Assembly: GCA_963778655.1 (NCBI GenBank)
Contig: CAVZVA010000009.1
Location: forward strand, 1,472,001 to 1,536,000
DNA length: 64,000 nt
DNA from: an uncultured delta proteobacterium
GTDB taxonomy: Bacteria > Myxococcota_A > Polyangia > Polyangiales > JAFGIB01
Direction of reading: 5' to 3'
Shown: positions 40,032 to 49,792 of the stretch, piece by piece
How the letters are laid out: every line of letters starts with the position of its first letter
Numbering within the stretch: the stretch's first letter is position 1
The notes under the pieces: model-generated
Seen by the model: the letters and a program-made list of their open reading frames with translations, nothing else
Told to the model about the DNA's origin: nothing
The model's database searches: none
Translations under genes and position numbers: made by a program

Positions 40032-41169
40032 ACGCCAGCATGTCGCGGGCGATCAGCATGCGCTGGATCTCGCTGGTGCCTTCGCCGATGCGGGTCATGC
40101 GTACGTCGCGCACGTAGCGCTCGACTGGGAACTCGTTGACGTAGCCGTAGCCGCCGTGGATCTGCAGCGCGCGGTCGCACACCCGGGAGGCTGCCTCCGA
40201 GGCGAACAGCTTGGCCATGCTGGCCTCGGCCGAGAACGGCTTGCCCTCGTCGGCCAGGGTGGCGGCGCGCCAGACCAGCAGGCGCGCGGCGTCGAGCTCG
40301 GTGCGCGAGTCCGCGAGCATCCACTGGATGGCCTGGAACTCGCTCAGCTCCTTGCCGAACTGGCGGCGCTCGCGCGCGTAGGCCAGCGCCGCTTCCAGTC
40401 CGGCTTCGCCGATGCCCAGCGCCATGGCGGCGATGCTGATGCGTCCCTTGTCGAGGATGCTCATCGCGTCGCTGAAGCCGGCGCCCTCCTTGCCCACGCG
40501 CTGCTCGTCGCTCACGCGCACGTCGCGCAGCGCGATCTCCGCGGTGTCGCTGGCGCGGCAGCCCATCTTGCCGCCGATCTTGCGCGCCTCGAAGCCGGGC
40601 GTGCCGCGCTCGATCGCGAACGCCGTGATGCCGCGGTGGCGCTGCGAGAAGTCGGTGCTTGCGAGCACCACGCACACGCCGCACACCGTGCCCTGGGTGA
40701 TGAAGGTCTTGCTGCCGTTGAGCACCCAGCCGCCTTTGTCGCGCACGGCGCGCGTGCGCAGCGCGGCCGCGTCCGAGCCGGAGCCGGGCTCGGTCAGCGC
40801 CCAGGCGCCGAGCCACTCGCCGGTCGCGAGCTTGGGCAGGCAGCGCTGTTTGAGCGCCTCGTTGCCGAAGCGGGCAATGTGCGAGGAGCCGAGGCCATTG
40901 TGGGAGGCCACGGTCAGGCCGAGCGAGCCGTCGGCGCGCGAGATCTCTTCGACCACGATGGCGTAGGCCCGCACGTCGAGCTGCGAGCCGCCGTAGACCT
41001 CGGCGATGTTGATGCCGAGGAAGCCGAGCTTGCCGAGCTCGGGGATGATCTCGGAGGGGAAGCGCTGCTCGTCGTCCCAGGCCCGGGCGCGCGGCGCGAT
41101 CTGCTCGCGCGCGAACGCTCGGGCCGTGTCGCGAATCGCGCGGTGCGCGGAGTCGAGCTCGAAGTTCAT
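40030..41169 (-). CDS. Acyl-CoA dehydrogenase
   Basis: WALTEPGSGSDA, LNGSKTFIT, R.QFGK, QIHGGYGY, IGEGTSEIQR. Confidence 0.95.
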   Translation of the reverse strand: MNFELDSAHRAIRDTARAFAREQIAPRARAWDDEQRFPSEIIPELGKLGFLGINIAEVYGGSQLDVRAYAIVVEEISRADGSLGLTVASHNGLGSSHIARFGNEALKQRCLPKLATGEWLGAWALTEPGSGSDAAALRTRAVRDKGGWVLNGSKTFITQGTVCGVCVVLASTDFSQRHRGITAFAIERGTPGFEARKIGGKMGCRASDTAEIALRDVRVSDEQRVGKEGAGFSDAMSILDKGRISIAAMALGIGEAGLEAALAYARERRQFGKELSEFQAIQWMLADSRTELDAARLLVWRAATLADEGKPFSAEASMAKLFASEAASRVCDRALQIHGGYGYVNEFPVERYVRDVRMTRIGEGTSEIQRMLIARDMLA

Positions 41170-41297
41170 GTCCGGCAGCGGTGCGTTCAGGTGTTCAGGG
41201 CGGTCACCTGAACGCGCGACCGCTCGTCTGATACGATGGCGTCCGCGCGCGATGCGGTCAAGCGCGCCGGCCGGCACCGGCGTGCTACCGTTGCTGT

Positions 41298-44200
41298 ATG
41301 CCGGAGCGCCAGGCGAGCCCAGCGGTCTCGCGCGCGAGGCGGTTGCTGCAGGGGGTGCGGGGCACGGCGCTCTCGGACCAGGCGCTCGAGGCGAGCTCGC
41401 TCGAGCTGGCCGCGTTGCTGGCTGAAGAAGCACAGCGGCTGACGCGGCGCGTCGATCGCGCGCGCGCCGAGCTGCTGTCGCGCCTGATGCAGGACGAGCA
41501 AGGGCAGATCTTCACCATCCTGCTCACCGATCGCGTGTACCGCAGCCGCGATCCGGCACGCGTGGTGGACGCCGCGCGCACGCTGATCCGCGGCCTGGGC
41601 GTGCCGCGCTACCTGCCGGGCGCGGCGCGCGCGCAGCTGCGCGCGTTGCTGCGGCTGGGCCCGTTTGTGCCGGGGCTCGGGGCGCGCGGCCTACTCGCGC
41701 GCCTGCAGCGGGAGGCCGAGCCGATGGTGCTGCCGGCCGAGGAGCCGGCGCTGACGCGCTACCTGGCGCTGCGCAGGCGCGAGGGCGCGCGCGTCAACCT
41801 CAACCACCTGGGCGAGGCGGTGCTGGGCGAGGCCGAGGCCAAGGCGCGCGTCGCGGGCTACGTCGCGCTGCTGTCGCGGCCGGACGTGGAGTCGATCTCG
41901 GTCAAGCTGTCGTCGATCTTCAGCCAGGTGGACCTGCTGGCGTGGGACGCGAGCCTGGATCACCTGGCCGAGCGGCTGCGCACCATCTACCGCGCCGCGC
42001 TCGCACATAGCTACGCGCCGCCCCAAGGGCCGGAGACGTTCAAGCTGGTGCACCTCGATATGGAAGCCTACCGGGATCTGGCGCTCACGCTGGCGCTGTT
42101 CCGGCGCGTGCTGGACGAGCCCGAGCTGATGCCGCTGTGCGCGGGCATGGTGTTGCAGGCCTACCTGCCCGAGTCGGCGCCGCTGCAGCGCGAGCTGACC
42201 GATTGGGCGCGTGCGCGGGTGCAGCGCGGCGGCGCACCGATCAGGTTGCGCGTGGTCAAGGGCGCCAACCTGCTGACCGAGCGCGCCGAGGCCGCGCTGC
42301 GCGGCTGGGCCGTCCCGCTGCTGCCCGGCAAGCACCAGGTCGACGCCAGCTACAAGCAGATGCTCGAGTACGGCTGCCGGCCCGAGCACGCGGCCGCGGT
42401 CCGGCTCGGAATCGCCAGCCACAACGTGTTCGACCTGGCGTTCGGGATGGTGCTGCGGGCCGCGCACGGAGTCGAGCACGCGGTCGGCTTCGAGCTGCTC
42501 GAGGGCATGGCCGACCCGCTGCGGCGCGCGGTGCACGCCGTGGCCGGCGACGTGCTGCTGTACGCACCGGTGTGCGAGCGGGACTCGATGCAGACCGCGA
42601 TCGCGTATCTGATGCGGCGGCTGGACGAGAACACGGCCGAGGAGAACTTCCTGCGCCACAGCTTTGGCATGCGTCCGGGCGACGCCAGCTGGCAGGCGCA
42701 ACAGCAGCGCTTCAGCGCTGCGCTGCACGCGCGCCACGCGCTCGACCACACGCCGCGGCGCAGGCAGGACCGTCGCGATCCGCCGCCCGCGGCCGAGGCG
42801 CTGCAGCGGGGCTTCGAGAACGAGCCCGACACCGACTTCAGCCTGGCGCACAACCGCGCCTGGCTGGGCGCGGCGCTGGCGCGCGCGCGCGACGCGGGCC
42901 CGTTCGAGGTGCCGCTGCAGATCGCGGGCGCGGAGCGCCGCGGCGAGCCGTCGATCGACGGCTTCGACCCTTCGCGCCCGGGCGTGGTGCCCTACCGCTG
43001 CGCGCTGGCCACCGCCGAGGAGCTGGAACGCGCCCTGTGCTGTGCGACCGAGGCCGCGCCGCGCTTCGGGGCCATGGCGCTGGCCGAGCGGCGCGCGTTG
43101 CTGGCGGAGGTGGCCCGCTGCTTGCGCGCGCGGCGCGCCGAGCTGATCGCGGCCATGGTGCTCGACGCGGGCAAGCGCGCGGAGCAAGCGGACGCCGAGG
43201 TCTCCGAGGCGATCGACTTCGCGTGCTACTACGGCCGCAGCTTCGAAGCGCTGGCGCGCGCGCACCCCGAGCTGACGCTGCGGTCCAGGGGCGTGGTGCT
43301 GGTCACGCCGCCCTGGAACTTCCCGCTGGCGATTCCGGCCGGGGGAACGCTGGCCGCGCTGATGGCCGGTAACGCCGTGATCCTCAAGCCGGCGCTGGAG
43401 ACCGTGCACGTGGCCGAGCGGCTGGCGCGCGCGTGCTGGGACGCCGGCGTGCCCAAGCGCGCGCTGCAGCTGGTGATCTGCGAGGACGCGCTGGGCAGCA
43501 CGCTGGTCTCGGATGCGCGCGTGGACCAGGTGGTGCTCACCGGCGCGACCGCCACCGCGCGCCGCTTCTTCGAGCTGCGGCCCGGGCTTGCGCTCGCGGC
43601 CGAGACCGGCGGCAAGAACGCGATCATCGTGAGCGCGCTGGCGGACCGCGACGAGGCGATCAAGGACGTGCTGGCCTCCGCGTTCGGGCACGCGGGCCAG
43701 AAGTGCAGCGCCTGCAGCCTGCTGATCTGCGAGGCCGAGGTCTACGACGACGCGCGCTTCATGCAGACCCTGGCCGACGCGGCGGCGAGCCTGCCGGTGG
43801 GCTCGAGCTGGGACCCGTGCAGCGTGGTCACCCCGCTGATCCGCCCGCCCGAAGGGCCGCTGCTGCGCGGGCTGACCGCGCTCGAGCCGGACGAGCGCTG
43901 GCTGCTGCCGCCGCGCGCGCACGCGGACAACCCTCGGCTGTGGAGCCCGGGCATCAAGCTGGGCGTGCGCGAGGGCGGCTTCACCCAAAAGACCGAGCTG
44001 TTCGGGCCGGTGCTGGCGGTGATGCGGGCCGATGACTTGGATCACGCGCTGCGGCTGGCCAACAGCACGCCCTACGGGCTGACCGCGGGACTGCACAGCC
44101 TGGACGAGCGCGAGCAGCAACGCTGGTGCGCGCGCATGCAGGCCGGCAACCTGTACGTGAACCGCGGCATCACCGGCGCGATCGTGCGGCGCCAGCCTTT

Positions 44201-44915
44201 CGGCGGCTACAAGGCCTCGTCGGTGGGCGCGGGCATCAAAGCCGGCGGGCCGTTCTACGTGGCCCAGCTCGCGCGCGCCGAGCAGCGCGAGCCGCCGCCC
44301 GTGCTGTGCCCGCCCGAGCCGGCTGCCGCCGAGCTGATCGTGGCGGCGCGGCCACACCTGGACGAGCCCACCCGCGAGCGCCTCGGCATCGGCGCTTGCA
44401 GCTACGCGCACGCGCACAAGAACCACTTCGCGCTCGATCACGATCCGAGCGCGCTGCCGGGCGAGCGCAACGTGCTGCGCTACCTTCCGTGCGATCCGAT
44501 GCTGCTGCGCGCCGCGGCCACGGCTTCCGCCGAGAGCGTGCTGCTCGCCTGCGCGGCCGCGCTTACCTCGGGCGCGGGCTTCGAGCTCAGCGTGTGCCCG
44601 CGCCTGGCCTCCGCCCTGCCCTACCTCGCACGCCTGCCCCGCGTGCGCCTGCAGGTCGAGGACGCGGCCGCGTGCGCCGCGCGCTTGCAGCCGAGCCTGC
44701 TGCGCGTGCGTGCCGTGGGCAAGCCCGAGCCCGAGCTGCTGGCTGCGGCCGAAGCCGCGCTCGTCCACGTCTCCCCCGAGCCCGTGCTGCTCACCGGCAT
44801 GCTCGAGCTCGCCCGCTACCACCGCGAGCAAAGCGTGAGCCACCGCTACCACCGCTACGGCAACCTGGCCGCGGCGGCGCTGCTGCGCCCACTACGCACC
44901 GCCGACCCGTCGTAG
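41298..44915 (+). CDS. putA: Bifunctional proline dehydrogenase / P5C dehydrogenase
   Basis: LDMEAY, LQAYL, RVVKGAN, ASHN, YLMRRLDEN; ALDH motifs PWNFP, ETGGKN, GQKCSA, ELFGPV. Confidence 0.93.
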   Translation: MPERQASPAVSRARRLLQGVRGTALSDQALEASSLELAALLAEEAQRLTRRVDRARAELLSRLMQDEQGQIFTILLTDRVYRSRDPARVVDAARTLIRGLGVPRYLPGAARAQLRALLRLGPFVPGLGARGLLARLQREAEPMVLPAEEPALTRYLALRRREGARVNLNHLGEAVLGEAEAKARVAGYVALLSRPDVESISVKLSSIFSQVDLLAWDASLDHLAERLRTIYRAALAHSYAPPQGPETFKLVHLDMEAYRDLALTLALFRRVLDEPELMPLCAGMVLQAYLPESAPLQRELTDWARARVQRGGAPIRLRVVKGANLLTERAEAALRGWAVPLLPGKHQVDASYKQMLEYGCRPEHAAAVRLGIASHNVFDLAFGMVLRAAHGVEHAVGFELLEGMADPLRRAVHAVAGDVLLYAPVCERDSMQTAIAYLMRRLDENTAEENFLRHSFGMRPGDASWQAQQQRFSAALHARHALDHTPRRRQDRRDPPPAAEALQRGFENEPDTDFSLAHNRAWLGAALARARDAGPFEVPLQIAGAERRGEPSIDGFDPSRPGVVPYRCALATAEELERALCCATEAAPRFGAMALAERRALLAEVARCLRARRAELIAAMVLDAGKRAEQADAEVSEAIDFACYYGRSFEALARAHPELTLRSRGVVLVTPPWNFPLAIPAGGTLAALMAGNAVILKPALETVHVAERLARACWDAGVPKRALQLVICEDALGSTLVSDARVDQVVLTGATATARRFFELRPGLALAAETGGKNAIIVSALADRDEAIKDVLASAFGHAGQKCSACSLLICEAEVYDDARFMQTLADAAASLPVGSSWDPCSVVTPLIRPPEGPLLRGLTALEPDERWLLPPRAHADNPRLWSPGIKLGVREGGFTQKTELFGPVLAVMRADDLDHALRLANSTPYGLTAGLHSLDEREQQRWCARMQAGNLYVNRGITGAIVRRQPFGGYKASSVGAGIKAGGPFYVAQLARAEQREPPPVLCPPEPAAAELIVAARPHLDEPTRERLGIGACSYAHAHKNHFALDHDPSALPGERNVLRYLPCDPMLLRAAATASAESVLLACAAALTSGAGFELSVCPRLASALPYLARLPRVRLQVEDAAACAARLQPSLLRVRAVGKPEPELLAAAEAALVHVSPEPVLLTGMLELARYHREQSVSHRYHRYGNLAAAALLRPLRTADPS

Positions 44916-45113
44916 TCAGTCGTGGTCGTCCTCGTGGCCGCACTTGCCCCGGCGATCATGCGGGGCAGGGGCAGCGGGCACGGGCGCGGGGCAAGGGGCA
45001 CGGACGGGGGCACGGGCGGCTCACGGAGATCTTCCCCCGAAGGGGCGCAGGGGGCACTGCCTCTTGCCCTCTGCCCCGCCTCGCCCGCGCACCAGCGCAG
45101 CGAAACTCCGCCT

Positions 45114-46640
45114 TCACATCGGCATGACCATGTGCTTGCGCTCGGCTGCGGGGACCACCTCACGCTGCGCGAGGCGGCTGCAGATCTCCTCGCGCAGGCG
45201 GTCGCCGGGCACGACCGCGTCGATCACCAGCTCGCTGGCGAGCTTGTAGACGTCGATCTCCTCGCGGTACTCGGCGCGCAGCGTTTGCACGTAGGCGTCG
45301 CGCTCGGGTCCGGCCGGCTTTTCCTTTATCTTGTTGTAGTAGACCGCATTGATTGCGGCGTCCGGGCCCATCACCGCGATCGAGGCTTGCGGCAGCGCGA
45401 TGCAGGCGTCTGGGTCGAAGGCCGGTCCCGACATCGCGTACAGCCCGGCGCCGTACGCCTTGCGCACGATTACGCTGAGCTTGGGCACGCTGGCCTGGCT
45501 GACCGCTGCGACCATCTTGGCGCCCGCGCGAATGATGCCCTGCTTCTCCACCTTGCTGCCGATCATGAAACCCGGCACGTCGGCCAGAAACAGCAGCGGG
45601 ATGTTGAACGCGTCGCACAGCTGGATGAAGCGTGCGGCCTTGTCCGCGCTGTCCACGAACAGCACGCCGCCCAACCACTTGGGCTGGCTCGCGATCACGC
45701 CGACCACGCGGCCTTCGATCCGCGAAAGGCCCGTGAGCAGCTCGCGCGCGAACAGCGGCTTGAGCTCGAGCCAGCTGCCTTCGTCGATCAGCTCGCGCAC
45801 CACCGTCATCATGTCGAAGGCTTTGTTTTCATCGGGCGGGATCAGCGCCTCGAGCGGCTTGCCACTGCGCGCCGGCTCGCGCGCCGCGGCCGGCGGCGGC
45901 AGCGCGCGGTGGTTTTGCGGCATGTAGCCGAGGTAGCGCCGCGCCAGCGCGATCGCCTGCGGCTCGTCGTCGCACAGCACATCGCCGCAGCCCGAGACGC
46001 TGCAGTGCATCTTGGCGCCGCCCATCTCCTCCAGGCTCACCTTCTCGCCGATCACCATCTCGGCCATGCGCGGGGAGCCGAGGTACATCGAGGCGTTGCC
46101 CTTGACCATCAGCACCACGTCGCAGAACGCGGGGATGTACGCCCCGCCGGCGGCGCTCGGCCCGAACAGCACGCACAGTTGCGGCACCCGCCCGCTCAGC
46201 TGCACCTCATTGTAGAAGATGCGGCCGGCGCCGCGCCGTCCCGGGAACATCTCCACCTGGTCGGTGATGCGAGCGCCCGCGGAGTCCACCAGGTAGACCA
46301 GCGGGCACTGCAGCCGCGCCGCCTGCTCCTGCACGCGCAGGATCTTCTCCACCGTGCGCTTGCCCCACGAGCCGGCCTTGACTGTGGAGTCGTTGGCCAT
46401 CACCGCCACGCAGCGGCCGTCCACGCGCCCCACGCCGGTGATCACCCCGTCGGCCGGCAGCTCGCCGGCCTCGCAGTTGGCCAGCGCCGCGTCCTCCACG
46501 AAGCTGTCTGGATCGAGCAGCCGCCCGATGCGTTCGCGCGCGAACAGCTTGCCCTGCTCGGCGTTCTTCTGGTGATAGCGCGCGTCGCCGCCGCTCTCGA
46601 TCCCGCGCAGCGTCTGTTTGAGCTTTTCATCCAGCGACAT
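45114..46640 (-). CDS. Acyl-CoA carboxylase carboxyltransferase subunit (MCC/PCC-beta type)
   Basis: RERI..LLD, DSAGARI, AGGAY, EEMGGA.MH, DVPGFMIG, RKAYGAG.YAM. Confidence 0.92.
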   Translation of the reverse strand: MSLDEKLKQTLRGIESGGDARYHQKNAEQGKLFARERIGRLLDPDSFVEDAALANCEAGELPADGVITGVGRVDGRCVAVMANDSTVKAGSWGKRTVEKILRVQEQAARLQCPLVYLVDSAGARITDQVEMFPGRRGAGRIFYNEVQLSGRVPQLCVLFGPSAAGGAYIPAFCDVVLMVKGNASMYLGSPRMAEMVIGEKVSLEEMGGAKMHCSVSGCGDVLCDDEPQAIALARRYLGYMPQNHRALPPPAAAREPARSGKPLEALIPPDENKAFDMMTVVRELIDEGSWLELKPLFARELLTGLSRIEGRVVGVIASQPKWLGGVLFVDSADKAARFIQLCDAFNIPLLFLADVPGFMIGSKVEKQGIIRAGAKMVAAVSQASVPKLSVIVRKAYGAGLYAMSGPAFDPDACIALPQASIAVMGPDAAINAVYYNKIKEKPAGPERDAYVQTLRAEYREEIDVYKLASELVIDAVVPGDRLREEICSRLAQREVVPAAERKHMVMPM

Positions 46641-46697
46641 GCGGTCCCTCAGCGCCGCGAGCATAGCGGCGCGGGGGCCAAAACACGAGTCGGGAGG

Positions 46698-46726
46698 ATG
46701 CAACAGGAAGGCGGGAAGACGGGGAG
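46698..46726. repeat. REP-like family A half copy
   Basis: atgcaacaggaaggcgggaagacggggag. Confidence 0.7.
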
Positions 46727-46727
46727 A

Positions 46728-47993
46728 TCACAGCTGGACGTGACGCAAGCGCCCGTGCTGGCGCACCAGCAGCGCCAGCGGCAGCAGCCCCAGCAAGCCG
46801 CCGTGCTCGATCACGCGCCCCACCGCCAGCAGTAGCTCGGCGTTCACGATCAGCGCGCGAAAGCACAACGAGACCGCGGGCCGTCCCGGCGCGACCACCG
46901 GCAGCAAGTTGCCCGCGCCGTCGATCAACGCCGGCTCGCCTTCCTGCGCCACGCCCGCGGGCGCGAGCAGCGCCACCGGCTCGGCCAGCCCGCCATACGC
47001 GCGCAGCGTCTCGCGCTGGCTCGACAGCAGCGCCTCGAAGTCGCGCTCGGCGTGGCGCGCCAGCTGTTCCCACTGCGCCGGCTCGATCGCCGGGCTGACC
47101 GCGTACTGCAGTAGGCGCACGCGCCGCGGCGGCGTGGTCTCCTCGACCTCCGCCAGCCACACCGTCAGCTGCCGCGGGCACGGCCCGAGCGAGGCGGGCG
47201 CGGTGCTGGCGCGCTCCTCCCGGTACAGCCGGCCGTCGCCCGGGTCCACCAGGTAACGCCGCTCGATGCCCGCGCGCTCGATGCCCGGCACGCGCTCGCG
47301 CGCCAGCTCGACCAGGCTCAGCTCGCTCACGCGCGAGCGCCCGCCCGCTGCTGCGCCGCCCAGCCGCACGTCGAGCAGCGAGAGCACCCGGCAGCGTGCC
47401 TCGGCCGACGGCGCCGCCGCCGCGAGGTCGTCGATCACCCGGCTCGCGGTCTGCAGCACACGCGCCGCCTCGCCTGCGTCGCCCTCCCCGAGCGCCTGCT
47501 TGAGCCTTCCGATCAAGCGGCTCACCCCGAGCGGCATCGGCGCCGGCGCCGCGCGCTGCAGGCGCTGCAGCGCGTCCTCCACCGACGGCGACAGGCCGCC
47601 TGATACGCCCGAGCGCACCAGCGCCAGGATCAGGTCACGCAGCACCTCTGCCATGGCCGCGTGGTCGACCGGCGCAGGCGGCTCGGAGTGCGCCACCACG
47701 CGCCGCTCGGTCCCCGCGGGCGCCGGATCCCAGAGCTCGGTGATGCGCTCCTCGCCCCCGCGCGCGTCGCTCTCCTCCACGAACGAAAGCGCGCAGCGCG
47801 CGTGGTCGCAGCGGGCCTGCCCGCAGGTACACGACCACGACAGCTCGCCCTCGCGCAGCAGCAAGGAGACCACCTCGCGCCGGCCCTCCAGCTCGACGTC
47901 CACGCTCATGCGCTCGATCCGCGCCGCCGGGCCGGGCTCCGCCGCGTAGGCGCGCTGCAGCGCGCTGCGGGCCGCGCGCTTGAACGATCCCAT
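46728..47993 (-). CDS. SWIM-type zinc-finger-containing hypothetical protein
   Basis: WSCTCGQARCDH (CxC-x4-CxH); ATG overlaps the upstream stop. Confidence 0.65.
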   Translation of the reverse strand: MGSFKRAARSALQRAYAAEPGPAARIERMSVDVELEGRREVVSLLLREGELSWSCTCGQARCDHARCALSFVEESDARGGEERITELWDPAPAGTERRVVAHSEPPAPVDHAAMAEVLRDLILALVRSGVSGGLSPSVEDALQRLQRAAPAPMPLGVSRLIGRLKQALGEGDAGEAARVLQTASRVIDDLAAAAPSAEARCRVLSLLDVRLGGAAAGGRSRVSELSLVELARERVPGIERAGIERRYLVDPGDGRLYREERASTAPASLGPCPRQLTVWLAEVEETTPPRRVRLLQYAVSPAIEPAQWEQLARHAERDFEALLSSQRETLRAYGGLAEPVALLAPAGVAQEGEPALIDGAGNLLPVVAPGRPAVSLCFRALIVNAELLLAVGRVIEHGGLLGLLPLALLVRQHGRLRHVQL

Positions 47994-49792
47994 CAGCTCG
48001 CCTTGATCCGCAGCGCGCGCAAGCGCTGCTGCAACGCGGCGCGCAGGTGCGCGGGCGCACGCCGCAAGTCGATGCTCAACGCTTCCTCGATCAGCCCGCG
48101 CGCAATGTCGTCGCGTCCGTCCTGCGCCACCGCCTGCGCGCGGCGCAGAAAAGCCTGCGCCAGCATGCGCACAGCCGGCGCATTGTCCTCGATCGCCGCG
48201 CGCTCGATGCCGAGCACGCGCCGGAAGCTGGCCAGCGCCTGCGCGTTCTCGCCGCGCCGCGCGTGGCTGATCGCCACCCGCAACACCGGCGCGGGCCAGT
48301 CCGGCCGCAGCGCCGCCGCCGCCTCGAGCCGCGCCACCGCGCGGCTGCGCGCGCCCAGCGCCAGCCAAAGGTAACCGACCCACAGGTTCAGGCGCGCGCG
48401 CAGCCGCACGCCCGCCGGATCCTTGCGCTTGACCAGCGCCGCGCGCTTGGCGGTATCGAAGGTGTGGGCGGCCACTTTGAGCGCCGGCGCCTCCTCGCCG
48501 AGCAGCTCCATGCGCGCGTCGATCGCGCGCCGCGCCTCCTCGATCTCCAGCCGCAGCGCCGCCGAGCCGGCGTCCCGCTCCAGCTCTGAAAGCGGCATCA
48601 GCGCGCGGCTATCGCCGATGCGCGCCAGCGCCTGCAGCACCGCCCGCGTCAGCAGCGGATCATCGAGGTCGAGCAGCTCGGTGACCGCCTGCGCGTCGTC
48701 GCGCACGCCAATCTCGCCCAGCGCTTCGAGCGCGTAGGGCAGCAGCCGCTCATCGCCCGCCGCCAGCACCTCGCGCGCGTAGGGCAGCCCGCGGCTGTCG
48801 CCGGCGGCGCCCAGCGCCGCGGCCAGGGTGAGCCGCTCCTCGGCCGCGGCCGTGCGCTCGTAGGCGTTCTTGAGGATCGAGTGCACGCGCACGTCCTCGA
48901 TGCGGCCGAGCGCGCGCGCCGCCGGGATCGCCAGCTCGCCCTCACCGCCCTCGACCACCGCGCGCAGCGCCGGCAGCAGGCGCACGTCGCCGGCGTCGAG
49001 CAGCGCGCCCAGCAGCATCGCACGCGCCCTGCGCGAGCTCACGCCGTCGCAGCCGCTGATCACCGCGGCCAGGTGCAGCACGGCCTCGTCAGAGAGGTCG
49101 CGGGTGCGCGCCAGCAGCCGCACGCGCTGCTCGTCCTCGAGCGCGAGCGCCGGCTCTTCGACCGCCGCGCCGTCCCAGAACGCGCGCACCGCCTGATCGA
49201 ACCTGCCGGCCAGCGCTTGCCAGCGCTCGCCGGCCGCGCGCGCGCGCCGCCCCTCGGCGCCGGGCAGCGGCGCCAGCACGTGCCACAGCTCGTAGGCGAT
49301 CGCGGGCGCCTGCAGTGCGCGCAGCGCGTCCACCGCGCCGCGCGCGGCGTCGGAGGCGAGCCTGCCGCCACCGCCACTGAGCAGCTCGCCGATGCGCAGC
49401 ACGGCCGCGCGGCGCTGGCGCAGGCTGCCCGCGCGAACCACGGCCAGCAGCGTGCGCAGATCGGCCATGCGCCCCAGGTCGATGCTGGCCTGGTCGCCGC
49501 CGCTGGTCAGGCGCATCAGAAACGAGGCGCGGCCCTCGACCACGCGGCTGTCTTCGGGACGGTGCGGGCCGGTCTCGCCCGAGCCCGCGGGCAAGCGCAG
49601 CGCATCGGCCTGCCGTTCCACGATCGCGGCCACCAGCGCGCGCGCGCAGCCCAGCTCGCCCTGGTCGGCCGCCAGGCCGAGCGCGCCGGCCAGCGCGGCG
49701 AACTCCTCGGCGCGCACTCCGGCGTGGAGCGTGCGCTCGAGCTCGGACTGCCCTGAAGACCGCGCTGGCGGCGCTTCAGACACGCCCCGCAC
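47993..49792 (-). CDS. HEAT-repeat plus TPR protein
   Basis: Repeated AARALGRI / AAALGAAGD / LEALGEIG / LQALARIGD units; C-terminal TPR-like helices (A..LRPDWP, ALASFRRVL). Confidence 0.75.
   Translation of the reverse strand: MRGVSEAPPARSSGQSELERTLHAGVRAEEFAALAGALGLAADQGELGCARALVAAIVERQADALRLPAGSGETGPHRPEDSRVVEGRASFLMRLTSGGDQASIDLGRMADLRTLLAVVRAGSLRQRRAAVLRIGELLSGGGGRLASDAARGAVDALRALQAPAIAYELWHVLAPLPGAEGRRARAAGERWQALAGRFDQAVRAFWDGAAVEEPALALEDEQRVRLLARTRDLSDEAVLHLAAVISGCDGVSSRRARAMLLGALLDAGDVRLLPALRAVVEGGEGELAIPAARALGRIEDVRVHSILKNAYERTAAAEERLTLAAALGAAGDSRGLPYAREVLAAGDERLLPYALEALGEIGVRDDAQAVTELLDLDDPLLTRAVLQALARIGDSRALMPLSELERDAGSAALRLEIEEARRAIDARMELLGEEAPALKVAAHTFDTAKRAALVKRKDPAGVRLRARLNLWVGYLWLALGARSRAVARLEAAAALRPDWPAPVLRVAISHARRGENAQALASFRRVLGIERAAIEDNAPAVRMLAQAFLRRAQAVAQDGRDDIARGLIEEALSIDLRRAPAHLRAALQQRLRALRIKAS

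Noticed and set aside
41691..44852. 1053-aa minus-strand ORF and other long Ala/Arg-rich alternative-frame ORFs
   Set aside because: Shadow frames of well-supported genes (here putA), expected in high-GC DNA, with no recognisable motifs.
44955..45080. G-rich GGGCA(C/G) run and hairpin between putA and the carboxyltransferase
   Set aside because: Low-complexity sequence; could be a bidirectional terminator, but there is no clear U-tract or second copy to support a call.
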